From contig DAOLVF010000001.1 of NCBI GenBank assembly GCA_035420565.1, forward strand, positions 23,152 through 87,151: a DNA stretch of 64,000 nt, in the 5' to 3' direction. The notes under the pieces are model-generated. The model worked only from the letters and a program-made list of their open reading frames with translations, had not been told where the DNA came from and did no database searches. This document shows positions 40,681 through 50,223 of this stretch, in pieces; within the stretch, counting starts at the first letter, position 1, and every line of letters starts with the position of its first letter. The stretch comes from Spirochaetota bacterium (GTDB lineage: Bacteria > Spirochaetota > UBA4802 > UB4802). The position numbers and the translations under genes are program-made.

Positions 40681-41906
40681 TGATTTACTGACCTCTTGTA
40701 TTTCTTAATGCTTTTTTGATGAAGGTATTCCCAGTTGTACCTTTCTTCATCACCACCTTTTCTAATAAAAGTCATTCTATCTGCACATGCCACGCATGGA
40801 TCTATTGAAGCAATAACTATTGGTATATCAGCTATCTCAATATTTGTCAGCATAGGTATCCATGTAAATCCATTTGAATAGGTAGGCGCTTTGACTTTTA
40901 ACTGTATGGGGTGCTCCTGGTTATCCAGTATAACATAATGGCATACCTCACCTCGTGGGGCTTCATACCGCCCTATACCCTCACCTTCAAGTTTCTTCAA
41001 CGTGTTGATAATTTTAACTGCTCCATCACCTGAATGAATATCTCCTTCTGGTAAGTTTTCCATGCAAAACTGTATTATATTTAATGATTGTTTAATCTCC
41101 AGCACTCGTACTGCCATTCTATCATACACATCACCAATAGGTTCTTTGCCAAGATCACGTGGTGATATAGGATTTAACCATGGGATATCATAGTAAGCAT
41201 TAACAGGATAATCTATACGGACATCTTTCAGTAATCCTGAACCTCTTGCAGTAGGGCCAACTGCACAAAACATTTCTGCCTGCTCACGGGATAAGATCCC
41301 AATACCTTCAGTTCGTGCACGTAATGTTAAATCATCCAGAAGTATTTCCGAAGCACGATCATACAATTCCATATAATATTCTAACATGCGTGTAATAGTT
41401 TCTGAATTCTCTGGTGTTACATCCCTCCTGACACCACCTATGGTGAGCATCCCATAATTTATACGGTTGCCAGTAAGTTCTTCAAGACAATCCAATACCT
41501 TTTCACGAATATTCCATGTATACATAAAAAGCGTATCAAAACCAATTTCATGAGCTGCAACACCTGTCCACAGCAAATGAGAATGTAATCGCTCCATCTC
41601 ACCTATTATGGTGCGGATATATCGAGCTCTATCAGGAACCTGTATTTCAGCAACATCTTCTATAGCAAGACAATATGCCAGTGGATGCGAAAATGAACAT
41701 ATACCACATACTCGCTCCAGTAAATAGATAATCTGAATGTAATTTCTTTCAAGAGCTATTTTTTCGATCCCTCGATGTGTATAACCAAAATCTATATCAA
41801 CACCAGTAACCTGCTCTCCTTCTATCCTGAATGTAAATTTTATTGGTTCCTTAAATGCAGGATGTATCGGTCCTATATTTAAAGGATATACTCTATCAGA
41901 TTTCAT
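40677..41906 (-). CDS. mbhL: group 4 [NiFe] hydrogenase large subunit (NuoD/MbhL-like)
   Basis: N-terminal Ni ligand motif RVCGICSFSH and C-terminal DPCVACADR. Confidence 0.85.
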   Translation of the reverse strand: MKSDRVYPLNIGPIHPAFKEPIKFTFRIEGEQVTGVDIDFGYTHRGIEKIALERNYIQIIYLLERVCGICSFSHPLAYCLAIEDVAEIQVPDRARYIRTIIGEMERLHSHLLWTGVAAHEIGFDTLFMYTWNIREKVLDCLEELTGNRINYGMLTIGGVRRDVTPENSETITRMLEYYMELYDRASEILLDDLTLRARTEGIGILSREQAEMFCAVGPTARGSGLLKDVRIDYPVNAYYDIPWLNPISPRDLGKEPIGDVYDRMAVRVLEIKQSLNIIQFCMENLPEGDIHSGDGAVKIINTLKKLEGEGIGRYEAPRGEVCHYVILDNQEHPIQLKVKAPTYSNGFTWIPMLTNIEIADIPIVIASIDPCVACADRMTFIRKGGDEERYNWEYLHQKSIKKYKRSVNQ

Positions 41907-42409
41907 TTGCTATCTTCCTTGTTTTTGCCATTACGAAGAGGGAAATATCCATCCTGTAAGGATGAAGGAGTAAATAGCCTCCTGCTATCAGGGATATCTT
42001 CAATTACTATCCCTAGCATTTCCATAACTTCCCTTTCCATAAAAAGAGCTCCCGGGACAATATCGGTAATAGTTCTGATTGTTAAATCATTATTAGGTAA
42101 ATCTACAGATGCAATAATCATTAATTCAGAATAGTGAGTATCATCCATTTTCAGGGCAAATGGATAGATAAGTTCAATACGATCTTCATATTCCTTATAA
42201 GCCATTGCTGTAGATAGGTGAAGCCTCCCTAAACTTTTTAGAGTATTTACCGTAAAATGGAATGCCTCTCGATCTATACTGATCCATAGGTGCAATCGCA
42301 TAATTCCACCATGGTAGTTTTTCACCTTCAACCTTGAAGCCTGGAGGTGATTCCCTAATTTTTCCTGAATAATCGTCACAATTGATTGAACATCCATACC
42401 ATTTACCAC
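41903..42409 (-). CDS. mbhK: NuoC/MbhK-like subunit
   Basis: Assigned from its position and size between the NuoB-like and NuoD-like subunits. 4-nt overlap with mbhL. Confidence 0.55.
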   Translation of the reverse strand: MVNGMDVQSIVTIIQEKLGNHLQASRLKVKNYHGGIMRLHLWISIDREAFHFTVNTLKSLGRLHLSTAMAYKEYEDRIELIYPFALKMDDTHYSELMIIASVDLPNNDLTIRTITDIVPGALFMEREVMEMLGIVIEDIPDSRRLFTPSSLQDGYFPLRNGKNKEDSK

Positions 42410-42420
42410 ATGAACTATTT

Positions 42421-42900
42421 TTACAACACTTCTAACTTTTCCCAGGCTTTTGCAACCCCAAAGATTATTGCATCAGGACGTGGCGGACAACCAGGAACAT
42501 AAACATCTACAGGTAGCAATGTATCAAATGGGCCAGCCATAGCATATGATTCCTGAAATACTCCTTTGGTAGCACCACAACTGCCTATGATCATGACCAG
42601 CTTTGGTTTAGGAACCTGCTGGTATACCTGCAGTATTTTATCTTTAATTTTCTCCGTTACCGTTCCAGTTACTAATAATATATCCGCATGTCGGGGACTA
42701 CCTACTAATTTAATGCCAAACCTTTCAGCATCATACCTTGGCATTAACATAGCAAGTATTTCAATATCACATGCGTTGCATGAACCGGTATTCATATGAT
42801 ATGCCCATAATGAACGTTTCAAATGTTTGTAATTAATCTTTTTCACATAAGTGCCCCTGTTATTATCAATAACATTATAGCAACGATAATAATAAACCAT
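42421..42900 (-). CDS. mbhJ: [NiFe] hydrogenase small subunit (NuoB/MbhJ-like)
   Basis: SLW...GSCNACDIE, GSCGATKG and PGCPP motifs for the proximal [4Fe-4S]. Confidence 0.8.
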   Translation of the reverse strand: MVYYYRCYNVIDNNRGTYVKKINYKHLKRSLWAYHMNTGSCNACDIEILAMLMPRYDAERFGIKLVGSPRHADILLVTGTVTEKIKDKILQVYQQVPKPKLVMIIGSCGATKGVFQESYAMAGPFDTLLPVDVYVPGCPPRPDAIIFGVAKAWEKLEVL

Positions 42901-43181
42901 TGAATAAAATCACCAATATCACTGATGAACAATCTATTTAAACCATCAAAATATGATTGCAAGGTATGCTTAAATCCCCAGTATAGATTACTTGCAGTGA
43001 TTAATTGCAGCATTTTATCACTGGTTCCTGAATAAAATGGAAGTCCCTGTTCTGACATCTCATCAAAATCATTTCTAAAAAATATTTTTCCAATAATTAT
43101 AAACAAAACCATAATTATTAAAAAAATACAAACCCATAATAAAGGCATCCAGTTAAGATATTCTAATTCAAATTCATGCAT
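42843..43181 (-). CDS. small membrane subunit (MbhI-like)
   Basis: Hydrophobic, 112 aa. Positional analogy only. Confidence 0.4.
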   Translation of the reverse strand: MHEFELEYLNWMPLLWVCIFLIIMVLFIIIGKIFFRNDFDEMSEQGLPFYSGTSDKMLQLITASNLYWGFKHTLQSYFDGLNRLFISDIGDFIQWFIIIVAIMLLIITGALM

Positions 43182-43193
43182 TCATAACTCCAT

Positions 43194-44720
43194 TTAAAAA
43201 GTAGATAATACATTTACAGCAGGCTCAATCAATAATTTTATAATACCCTGGGGAAACAAGCCAATGACTATTATAACAATACTCAAAATAATCATACTGC
43301 ATTTAACCAATATTGGTTGTTCAACCGGCCTCCTTTCAGGAGGCATTCCCAGAAAAGCACTGTAAAAAACCTTCATAAATGAAGCCAATGTTAAAACTGA
43401 AACAAAAATAGCTATCAATGTTAACAACGGATTATAGTGAAATACAGATTCATAGATGATAAGCTTGGAAACAAAACCATTCAATGGTGGTATTCCTGAA
43501 ATTGCTAATGCTGCAATCATAAAAACCAGTGCAGTAAACTTATCATAATGAGCCAATCCATGCATTATATTCAAGTCGCGCGTTTTATAGTGTCTAACGA
43601 TTATACCAGATGTTAAAAATAACAATCCTTTATAGAGGGCATTGTTGACCACATGAAAAAGTCCACCTATTATGGCTATTTTTCCATAAATAGCAAATGA
43701 AGCATCACCCGATTTAATAACCGAAAGCCCTACACCAACTCCCAATAACATATAGCCAACCTGAGAAACAGCATGAAAAGCCATAAGTCGTTTAACATCT
43801 TTCTGTATAAGTGCCTGAGTTACCCCTACAAACATTGACAACACACCAAATAGTATAAATAGCATCCCCAGTTCATAACTTACCTGTGCACGACTTAGTC
43901 CAAAAGTAAATGCAATCCTGAAAAGCCCATATAAACAAATCAAACTACCTAATTTTACCATGGAACTTATTGGGGCAGGAGCTTCAGAGTAAGTATCGGG
44001 TATCCACATATGCATGGGGACAACACCACACTTCATAGCTAATGGTAAAATGAGCATCACAATAGCAATTTTGTCCAGTACGGTTCCATTCATTACTTTT
44101 TTGAGATAGTCAATATTAAACGAGCCATACTGTGCGTAAAGGAATGCAATACCCAGTAAAAAGAAGCTCGTTGCGATTGAGCTCACAAACATATATTTAT
44201 AACCGGCATAGGGTGGGTGTTTCCGTTCTGTTCTGAACGAAACCAATGCAGACGATGATATCGATAGTATCTCTAAAAAAACAAAAAATGTAAACAAATC
44301 ATTCGTAATAAGCATACCCATCATACCAGCAACCATACAGACATATAAAACAGTGAAATAATTTTTCCTTTCATTTTCTTCAATATACTGCGATGAAAAT
44401 AAATAAAAAATAAATGATAATGTTGTAACCATAATAATAAATAATAACGAAAATTGATCTATTTTCAATGCTATACGTATAGGGAATGTTAATCCATGTT
44501 CCAATAAAGCATTTGGATCAGGAGAACCTACCATATAATGAATAATTTTTTTATAAATCATTACATCCTGTATCAGCAAATATGATAGCACCATGATAAC
44601 AACAATAGCCACGCCTGCTGTTATAGTGCGTATAGTACGATTAACCATACCTATAATAGGGAGCATAAAAGCAACAACAAGAGGAATCGTAACCAATAAT
44701 ACTGGAACATGCTTTATCAT
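43194..44720 (-). CDS. mbhH: MrpD/NuoL-family proton-pumping antiporter-like subunit (MbhH-like)
   Basis: 508 aa with about 14 TM helices of the MrpD/NuoLMN fold. Confidence 0.75.
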   Translation of the reverse strand: MIKHVPVLLVTIPLVVAFMLPIIGMVNRTIRTITAGVAIVVIMVLSYLLIQDVMIYKKIIHYMVGSPDPNALLEHGLTFPIRIALKIDQFSLLFIIMVTTLSFIFYLFSSQYIEENERKNYFTVLYVCMVAGMMGMLITNDLFTFFVFLEILSISSSALVSFRTERKHPPYAGYKYMFVSSIATSFFLLGIAFLYAQYGSFNIDYLKKVMNGTVLDKIAIVMLILPLAMKCGVVPMHMWIPDTYSEAPAPISSMVKLGSLICLYGLFRIAFTFGLSRAQVSYELGMLFILFGVLSMFVGVTQALIQKDVKRLMAFHAVSQVGYMLLGVGVGLSVIKSGDASFAIYGKIAIIGGLFHVVNNALYKGLLFLTSGIIVRHYKTRDLNIMHGLAHYDKFTALVFMIAALAISGIPPLNGFVSKLIIYESVFHYNPLLTLIAIFVSVLTLASFMKVFYSAFLGMPPERRPVEQPILVKCSMIILSIVIIVIGLFPQGIIKLLIEPAVNVLSTF

Positions 44721-45073
44721 AATTCTTCAACTCCACGAAGTTTACGCGTATCCAGTGTTTTATTATTTCTATAGGTTAATATTGCTACGCCCAGCATCAA
44801 TGCCGTAGTAGCAAATCCAATAACGATGTTTGTTAAAATCAACGCCTGCGGGGTGGGCAAGACCATAGTTATGTGAGTATCCCATGGGAGTAATGTAAAA
44901 ATTGGAGATGTTGCATTATGCCGGTATCCCAGAGTAATAAAAAAAAGATTCATTCCTGAATCAAGAATATTAAGTGCAATAACAATCTTGATGAGATTTC
45001 GCTTAAATATTAATGCAAATAATCCAATAGTAAACAATAAAACAAAAGTTATATAAAGTATGATAGCGGACAT
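44717..45073 (-). CDS. MrpC/NuoK-like subunit (MbhG-like)
   Basis: 118 aa with 3 TM. 4-nt overlap with mbhH. Confidence 0.55.
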   Translation of the reverse strand: MSAIILYITFVLLFTIGLFALIFKRNLIKIVIALNILDSGMNLFFITLGYRHNATSPIFTLLPWDTHITMVLPTPQALILTNIVIGFATTALMLGVAILTYRNNKTLDTRKLRGVEEL

Positions 45074-45082
45074 AATAACACC

Positions 45083-45910
45083 TTATAATGAATTATTTTT
45101 CACACCTGATGCATGGAATAACGTAACCAGAATAAGGCTTAATCCAAAAAAAACCTCTATGCCAACAGCAAGAGATAGCCATGGCAAAATACCAGCTGAA
45201 ATCAAATAGCCAGGATTGGGGCCAAAGGGGATTATTTTACCAAATACTGTGGTACCATGAGCCAAAAAATTATACAAAAAGGAAATCCCAATCCCTGCAA
45301 AACCCATTCCAATGAATATAGTCAGCCCCAGTGATTCAAACAATGAAAATATTTTTCTGGTTCTTTGCATGTGACGGGTTATATAAAAACTGATTAACAA
45401 AAGTGCTGTAGCTGAAGCCATAACAGAACCTCCCTGAAATCCACCGCCTGGAGAAATATGTCCATGAACTACCAGATAAATCCCAAAACTTAAGATCATG
45501 ATATACATTAAGAAAGTACCAAACGTTATAATTCTCGATTCTATCTTTGGGAATTGTCCCGCTTTAGAAACTCCCGCCGATATAATACTTTTACTTTTCA
45601 AAAAAGTAAAAAATAACATAGAAATGCTACTTACCACAAGAAAAAGCACTGTGGCTTCCCCTAATGTATCAAATCCTCTATAATCAAAAACAATACTGGC
45701 AACTATGTTATTTGACCCTGTTTCGACCTGACCATTGCGTAAAAAATAATCATCCATGATAGTAACACCTTGAGTATCTATACCCAATGGTTGCCTTTCA
45801 TATAAAATTCTGGGATTACCTATCGGTTCACCTATTGGATGCAGGTGAAGTATCCCCACAAAGATAAATCCAAATATAACAACTATCGCTACAACACTGA
45901 TCAGCCTCAT
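45083..45910 (-). CDS. MrpB-like membrane subunit (fused MbhE/MbhF-like)
   Basis: The 374-aa track ORF has a spurious 99-aa N-terminal extension. The ATG at 45910 (MRLISVVAIV...) overlaps the upstream stop as ATGA. Confidence 0.5.
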   Translation of the reverse strand: MRLISVVAIVVIFGFIFVGILHLHPIGEPIGNPRILYERQPLGIDTQGVTIMDDYFLRNGQVETGSNNIVASIVFDYRGFDTLGEATVLFLVVSSISMLFFTFLKSKSIISAGVSKAGQFPKIESRIITFGTFLMYIMILSFGIYLVVHGHISPGGGFQGGSVMASATALLLISFYITRHMQRTRKIFSLFESLGLTIFIGMGFAGIGISFLYNFLAHGTTVFGKIIPFGPNPGYLISAGILPWLSLAVGIEVFFGLSLILVTLFHASGVKNNSL

Positions 45911-46149
45911 TCCTCTCTTCTCCGTGTCATTCGTATTGCTATAACAAAAATGCATGTTGTTAAAGCAGCACCAATTCCAGCTTCTGCAATGGCAACATCC
46001 GGTGCATCTAAAAGAAAATATAGTACTGTCAAAACCAGGGAAAATACCGAATAGCTCACTATCGCTGCCAGTAAGTCCCGAAAATATATGCTCAACAATG
46101 CTGTAATAACAAGAGCAATCGAAATCACCAGGAAAAAATAATAGATCAT
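45907..46149 (-). CDS. small membrane subunit (MbhD-like)
   Basis: 80 aa with 2-3 TM. Coupled at both ends by 4-nt overlaps. Confidence 0.45.
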   Translation of the reverse strand: MIYYFFLVISIALVITALLSIYFRDLLAAIVSYSVFSLVLTVLYFLLDAPDVAIAEAGIGAALTTCIFVIAIRMTRRREE

Positions 46150-46553
46150 AAAGTACCCTCCTCATCTGGAATCCCTTCACTAATTTTATCCATTTCCAGA
46201 TCATCAACTGTTTTTATCTGAGATTTATAATCATATTCATTTATAACAACACCAAATGGTTTTATCCCTGATAACAAAGAAGCCCGCGCAATTGCATGAG
46301 CACTGATTGGATTAGTAAAAATAATAACAAGTAAAGCTACAATACTGTGAATGATTATTGTTATGCTTGTAGCATCATAATACCATATATTTTTAACTCC
46401 TACAGCTAACACTACAAAAATACTGCCAAAAGTCGTTGTTTTTGTGGCAGCATGTAATCGTGTATAGATGTCAGGGAAGCGCATAAGTCCAATAATGCTT
46501 ACGCCATTAACCAGCAAGCCAATTACTAAAAATATACAAATTATAGTATCCAT
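46146..46553 (-). CDS. MrpG/MnhG-like subunit (MbhC-like)
   Basis: GLMRFPDIYTRLHAATKTTTFG is typical of the MnhG family. Confidence 0.6.
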   Translation of the reverse strand: MDTIICIFLVIGLLVNGVSIIGLMRFPDIYTRLHAATKTTTFGSIFVVLAVGVKNIWYYDATSITIIIHSIVALLVIIFTNPISAHAIARASLLSGIKPFGVVINEYDYKSQIKTVDDLEMDKISEGIPDEEGTL

Positions 46554-46555
46554 AT

Positions 46556-46837
46556 TTACCGCTTCTCATCTATGAGGTATCGCGCAATATATAATGTACC
46601 AATAAATGAAATAATCCCATAAACAATGCCGATATCAATATACAGTGCCTTCTTTTGTGCAGCGCCCAGCACAATCATGATGACAATTATTAGTGTATTT
46701 ATTGTGTCAAGTGCTACAATTCGTTCTGGCACATTGTGACTGAATGCAATGCGTATTACTATGATACAAACATAGATAATCAATAAAAGCCCTGAGATTA
46801 AAAAAATTAAATCAAAATCATACATATGTTGATCCAT
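46556..46837 (-). CDS. MrpF/MnhF-like subunit (MbhB-like)
   Basis: 93 aa with 3 TM. Positional analogy. Confidence 0.5.
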   Translation of the reverse strand: MDQHMYDFDLIFLISGLLLIIYVCIIVIRIAFSHNVPERIVALDTINTLIIVIMIVLGAAQKKALYIDIGIVYGIISFIGTLYIARYLIDEKR

Positions 46838-46838
46838 A

Positions 46839-47438
46839 TTATTTAAATAATTTCTTTAAAAAATAATGCTGGAACCCCGATACATCTTTTGGTGTTGCTT
46901 TATAACCTTTATCCTTGACCCAATACAAACAATGTATAAAGAACTTCTTTTTATCAGGGTCATAACCTGCTGTTAATGTTCCAGGTGATAATGTTATGGA
47001 ATTAGCAAGCAGATAGATGCCCAGTTCATCATCCATTTCAGGATCAACTTTAACAATAGCCGGCTGAATCTTTCCGGTTATAATCCTGTACATTACTTCA
47101 ACATTGGCAATGAGTAACGATAGAAAAAACGGGCCAACAAAATATAAGATTAATCCAATATAGAGCAATGGATTAAGAAGTGCTGCTGTAACTTTAATAG
47201 GTATTAACCAAAAAGTTAGTAAAGCCAGAATAATACTTATACTAATACCAAATATAAATTCTTCATATGACCAGAAAAGTATATCATTGCCCGAACCAGC
47301 TGTAAGTACAAGATATGAATAAGCTGCTACAAATGAGTAAAATGCTATTGCCCACAATTTGTATTGAAATTCTTTCGACACAATATTACCCTGATTAATT
47401 TTAATTTGTATACCCCTACCATTATGTAAACCATACAC
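46839..47438 (-). CDS. MrpE/MnhE-like subunit (MbhA-like)
   Basis: The ITLSPGTLTAGYD motif of the MnhE family. First gene of the cluster. Confidence 0.6.
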   Translation of the reverse strand: MYGLHNGRGIQIKINQGNIVSKEFQYKLWAIAFYSFVAAYSYLVLTAGSGNDILFWSYEEFIFGISISIILALLTFWLIPIKVTAALLNPLLYIGLILYFVGPFFLSLLIANVEVMYRIITGKIQPAIVKVDPEMDDELGIYLLANSITLSPGTLTAGYDPDKKKFFIHCLYWVKDKGYKATPKDVSGFQHYFLKKLFK

Positions 47439-47516
47439 ACTATTTATTCTTAATACAAGCTTTTTTTATCATTTCCTTTAGCTTGATTTATAAATTAAGA
47501 CTCTTCATAATTCTTA

Positions 47517-48623
47517 TTATTCATTGATAGCATATGTGCAATTCTTTTTTTCTCTTTTATATTGCACTGGGGTTTTGCCAGTAAATCGTGAAAATGCCTC
47601 ATAAAAAGATGATTTGGAATTAAACCCAACAGCATATGCTATTGACAACACCGATCTCTCAGATTCCTCAATAAGCATCTTTTTTGCTTCTTTAATACGA
47701 TATTGATTGATAAATGTGTTAAAATTCATCTGTAGTTTTACATTCAGCAATTCTGAAAGCTGGTGAGCGGTAATATTAAGTTCATTGGCTACTTCTTTCA
47801 GCGTTACATCTTCATCTAAATACAGGCGTTCTTCGTCCATTAATTGTTTTAGTTTTTCACAAAGGCTTTCCACTTCACATCCTTTTAACAAGGTGCGTTC
47901 ATATCTTTTCCTGCGGGCTTCACGTATAAGAAGTTGTAAAAACTCAGGTTTATGCTGTCCAACCAGATACGCTGCAATAAGCAAGATAGCCATTATAATG
48001 ACACTTACCTTTATCCCAATAAGGCTTCGCATACAATAACTTGCTAATAGAATCATCAACCCGGCAAACGAACTTATGCTGAATATTAATGTCACCACCA
48101 TTATCGAAGTCAACTCATGCAATTTCCAGAATTGGAATAAACGGTGCAATAAAAAACCGATGTATAAACTATCCAGAAGAAGTGCTGCAATAACTGCAAT
48201 TCTTAACCAGTGATAGATACCAAAATTATCAAAGAATAAACTATTAATAATGGCTATCTGCAAATTGTAATCAGAACGTATAAAGAATATATCTATTATG
48301 CAATAAATAACAGAAGGGAGCAGCAGTAATAAATTTATTTTTGGAAGTGAATCTTCAATCCGTATAACAAGGTAATAGGCAAAATAAAGAAGTGGACCAA
48401 TACAATATAAAAATGTAAAATGGAAATAAAAAAGATACGGTTTTTTAAAAATAAATCCATTCAATATACATCCATATTGAAACAATAAAAGACCTAAAAC
48501 CAGGAATAACCCAAAAAGATTCAGGTTTTCAAGCCTGCGATGAGGTACACACAATTGACCAACTGCAACTAAAAGCGAAATACCACCTGCAAAAAAAGCT
48601 ATATATTCTACAAATTGGGGCAT
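47517..48623 (-). CDS. membrane-anchored AraC/XylS-family transcriptional regulator
   Basis: About 8 TM helices are followed by a C-terminal double-HTH AraC domain (...SIAYAVGFNSKSSFYEAFSRFTGKTPVQY). It sits directly upstream of the hydrogenase cluster on the same strand. Confidence 0.7.
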   Translation of the reverse strand: MPQFVEYIAFFAGGISLLVAVGQLCVPHRRLENLNLFGLFLVLGLLLFQYGCILNGFIFKKPYLFYFHFTFLYCIGPLLYFAYYLVIRIEDSLPKINLLLLLPSVIYCIIDIFFIRSDYNLQIAIINSLFFDNFGIYHWLRIAVIAALLLDSLYIGFLLHRLFQFWKLHELTSIMVVTLIFSISSFAGLMILLASYCMRSLIGIKVSVIIMAILLIAAYLVGQHKPEFLQLLIREARRKRYERTLLKGCEVESLCEKLKQLMDEERLYLDEDVTLKEVANELNITAHQLSELLNVKLQMNFNTFINQYRIKEAKKMLIEESERSVLSIAYAVGFNSKSSFYEAFSRFTGKTPVQYKREKKNCTYAINE

Positions 48624-48631
48624 ACATTTAC

Positions 48632-48991
48632 CTATTCATTATATCCACACCCTTCATAAGGACTTAACTTTTCTTCAGGTGCTAATGCAATACCATCATA
48701 ATAGGGGAAATCCTTGCACATTCTGGGCCTTATATCATAAATGCTGCATAGCCCCAATCCATGAGAGTCAAATGTAAAATGTTTGCAGGAATAATGATAT
48801 GGCAAATCTTCAGAAAGATTTTGATATTTAAAGGTTAACATGGGATAGATAAGGTAAATTTCAGAAAAATTAGGGTTTATCATGGATAATTGCAACCAGT
48901 ATTTATACGCCCTTTGTAAAACTTCAGGTGACTCTGCAAGCCGTACATCATTGCAGCAGTTTCCACATCGTTTACATTCCATATAATTCAC
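48632..48991 (-). CDS. YkgJ/UPF0153-type putative Fe-S or zinc-chelating protein
   Basis: CKRCGNCC followed by further Cys motifs. Confidence 0.5.
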   Translation of the reverse strand: MNYMECKRCGNCCNDVRLAESPEVLQRAYKYWLQLSMINPNFSEIYLIYPMLTFKYQNLSEDLPYHYSCKHFTFDSHGLGLCSIYDIRPRMCKDFPYYDGIALAPEEKLSPYEGCGYNE

Positions 48992-49188
48992 TTCAACGAT
49001 TTAATAAAATACTACCAAAAAAAACTTGCATAATTATTATATCTATCATACGATATATATAATAATAGCATATTTTATTATAGTTGCAATTTATTATATA
49101 TATTTATCTTTTGTTAAAATCATATGAATTGATGTATCATAACAAATTGAATAATTATTATTTATAACTATAGTGAGAAATAGTATTG

Positions 49189-50181
49189 ATGAAAGTACGA
49201 ATAAAAATCTTTAAAAGCAATATTGAGCGAAAGCTGAAGGAAAAATATTATTTAAAGAAAAAACAATGGTTAAAAAAATGGGATAAGGTACTTGAACATG
49301 GTCATGAAAAAATGACCATCATGTTTATCCCACATAACGAGCAAAAGATTTTTAACTTTCAGATATCGCGTTTTACCATACTTTTTTTCACTACTTTACT
49401 GGTCATAGTTCTTGTTACATCCTCCTATGCAATAATTAAAAATACCGCAGTTAAAAGAGAAGAAGAGCGATTGCTTTCCAATTACAAGGATATTCGTTCC
49501 CAGATAATACGTTTTGAACAATTAACCAATGAATTAGGTCAAGAACTTGATAAAATAAAACCTGATATAGAAGACCTTTACGATCTGGCTACCAATAACA
49601 ATAATTCAACTTCCATATGGGAAAGTTCGGTAGTGAACAATGAAGACCCATCGATGCGTCAATATGCTTCAATTTTACCTTCAGATATACAGGTATTGCG
49701 CAGCATGCAGAAGGATTTACTCTGTACTACTAACACGGTCAAAACAATTAAGAATTTTATCGATGTTCGTAATAAGGTCATCTATGATACACCATCTATC
49801 ATCCCCAATCCAGGCCATATAACCTCGTTGTTTGGTTGGAGGCGTTCCCCTTTTGGTTTTGATAGAGATTTTCATTCGGGCATTGATATAGCTGCTCCTC
49901 AAGGCACTGAGATACGCGCTACTGCCCCTGGCATTGTGATATCCGCATCGTGGGGTGGTGGATACGGTTATATGGTCAGAATACGACATAAATATGGTTA
50001 TGAAACAATATATGGGCATTGCTCCAAGATTATCGTGTCACAAGGGCAATCTATTAAAAAAGGGCAGATTATTGCTTATGTTGGGCAAACTGGTTCTGCG
50101 ACAGGCAGTCACTGCCATTATGAAATCAGGATAGGAGGTGTTGCTATCAATCCTTATCCGTATATGAGCAAGATGTGGTAA
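49189..50181 (+). CDS. M23 family metallopeptidase with N-terminal membrane anchor and coiled coil
   Basis: LytM motifs HSGIDIAAPQGTEIRA ... GSHCHYEI. The track start is TTG at 49186, immediately followed by an ATG. Confidence 0.8.
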   Translation: MKVRIKIFKSNIERKLKEKYYLKKKQWLKKWDKVLEHGHEKMTIMFIPHNEQKIFNFQISRFTILFFTTLLVIVLVTSSYAIIKNTAVKREEERLLSNYKDIRSQIIRFEQLTNELGQELDKIKPDIEDLYDLATNNNNSTSIWESSVVNNEDPSMRQYASILPSDIQVLRSMQKDLLCTTNTVKTIKNFIDVRNKVIYDTPSIIPNPGHITSLFGWRRSPFGFDRDFHSGIDIAAPQGTEIRATAPGIVISASWGGGYGYMVRIRHKYGYETIYGHCSKIIVSQGQSIKKGQIIAYVGQTGSATGSHCHYEIRIGGVAINPYPYMSKMW

Positions 50182-50223
50182 TTGTCCATTTTCCTGTTGC
50201 AAACATGGTTATTACTCTAACAC

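Noticed and set aside
45911-46207. Cys-rich N-terminal extension (CSCYY...CTGCCHCRSWNWCC) of the 374-aa ORF, considered as a metal-binding domain
   Set aside because: It is out of frame over the MbhD-like gene. A coupled ATGA start at 45910 gives a sensible membrane protein. Treated as a spurious extension.
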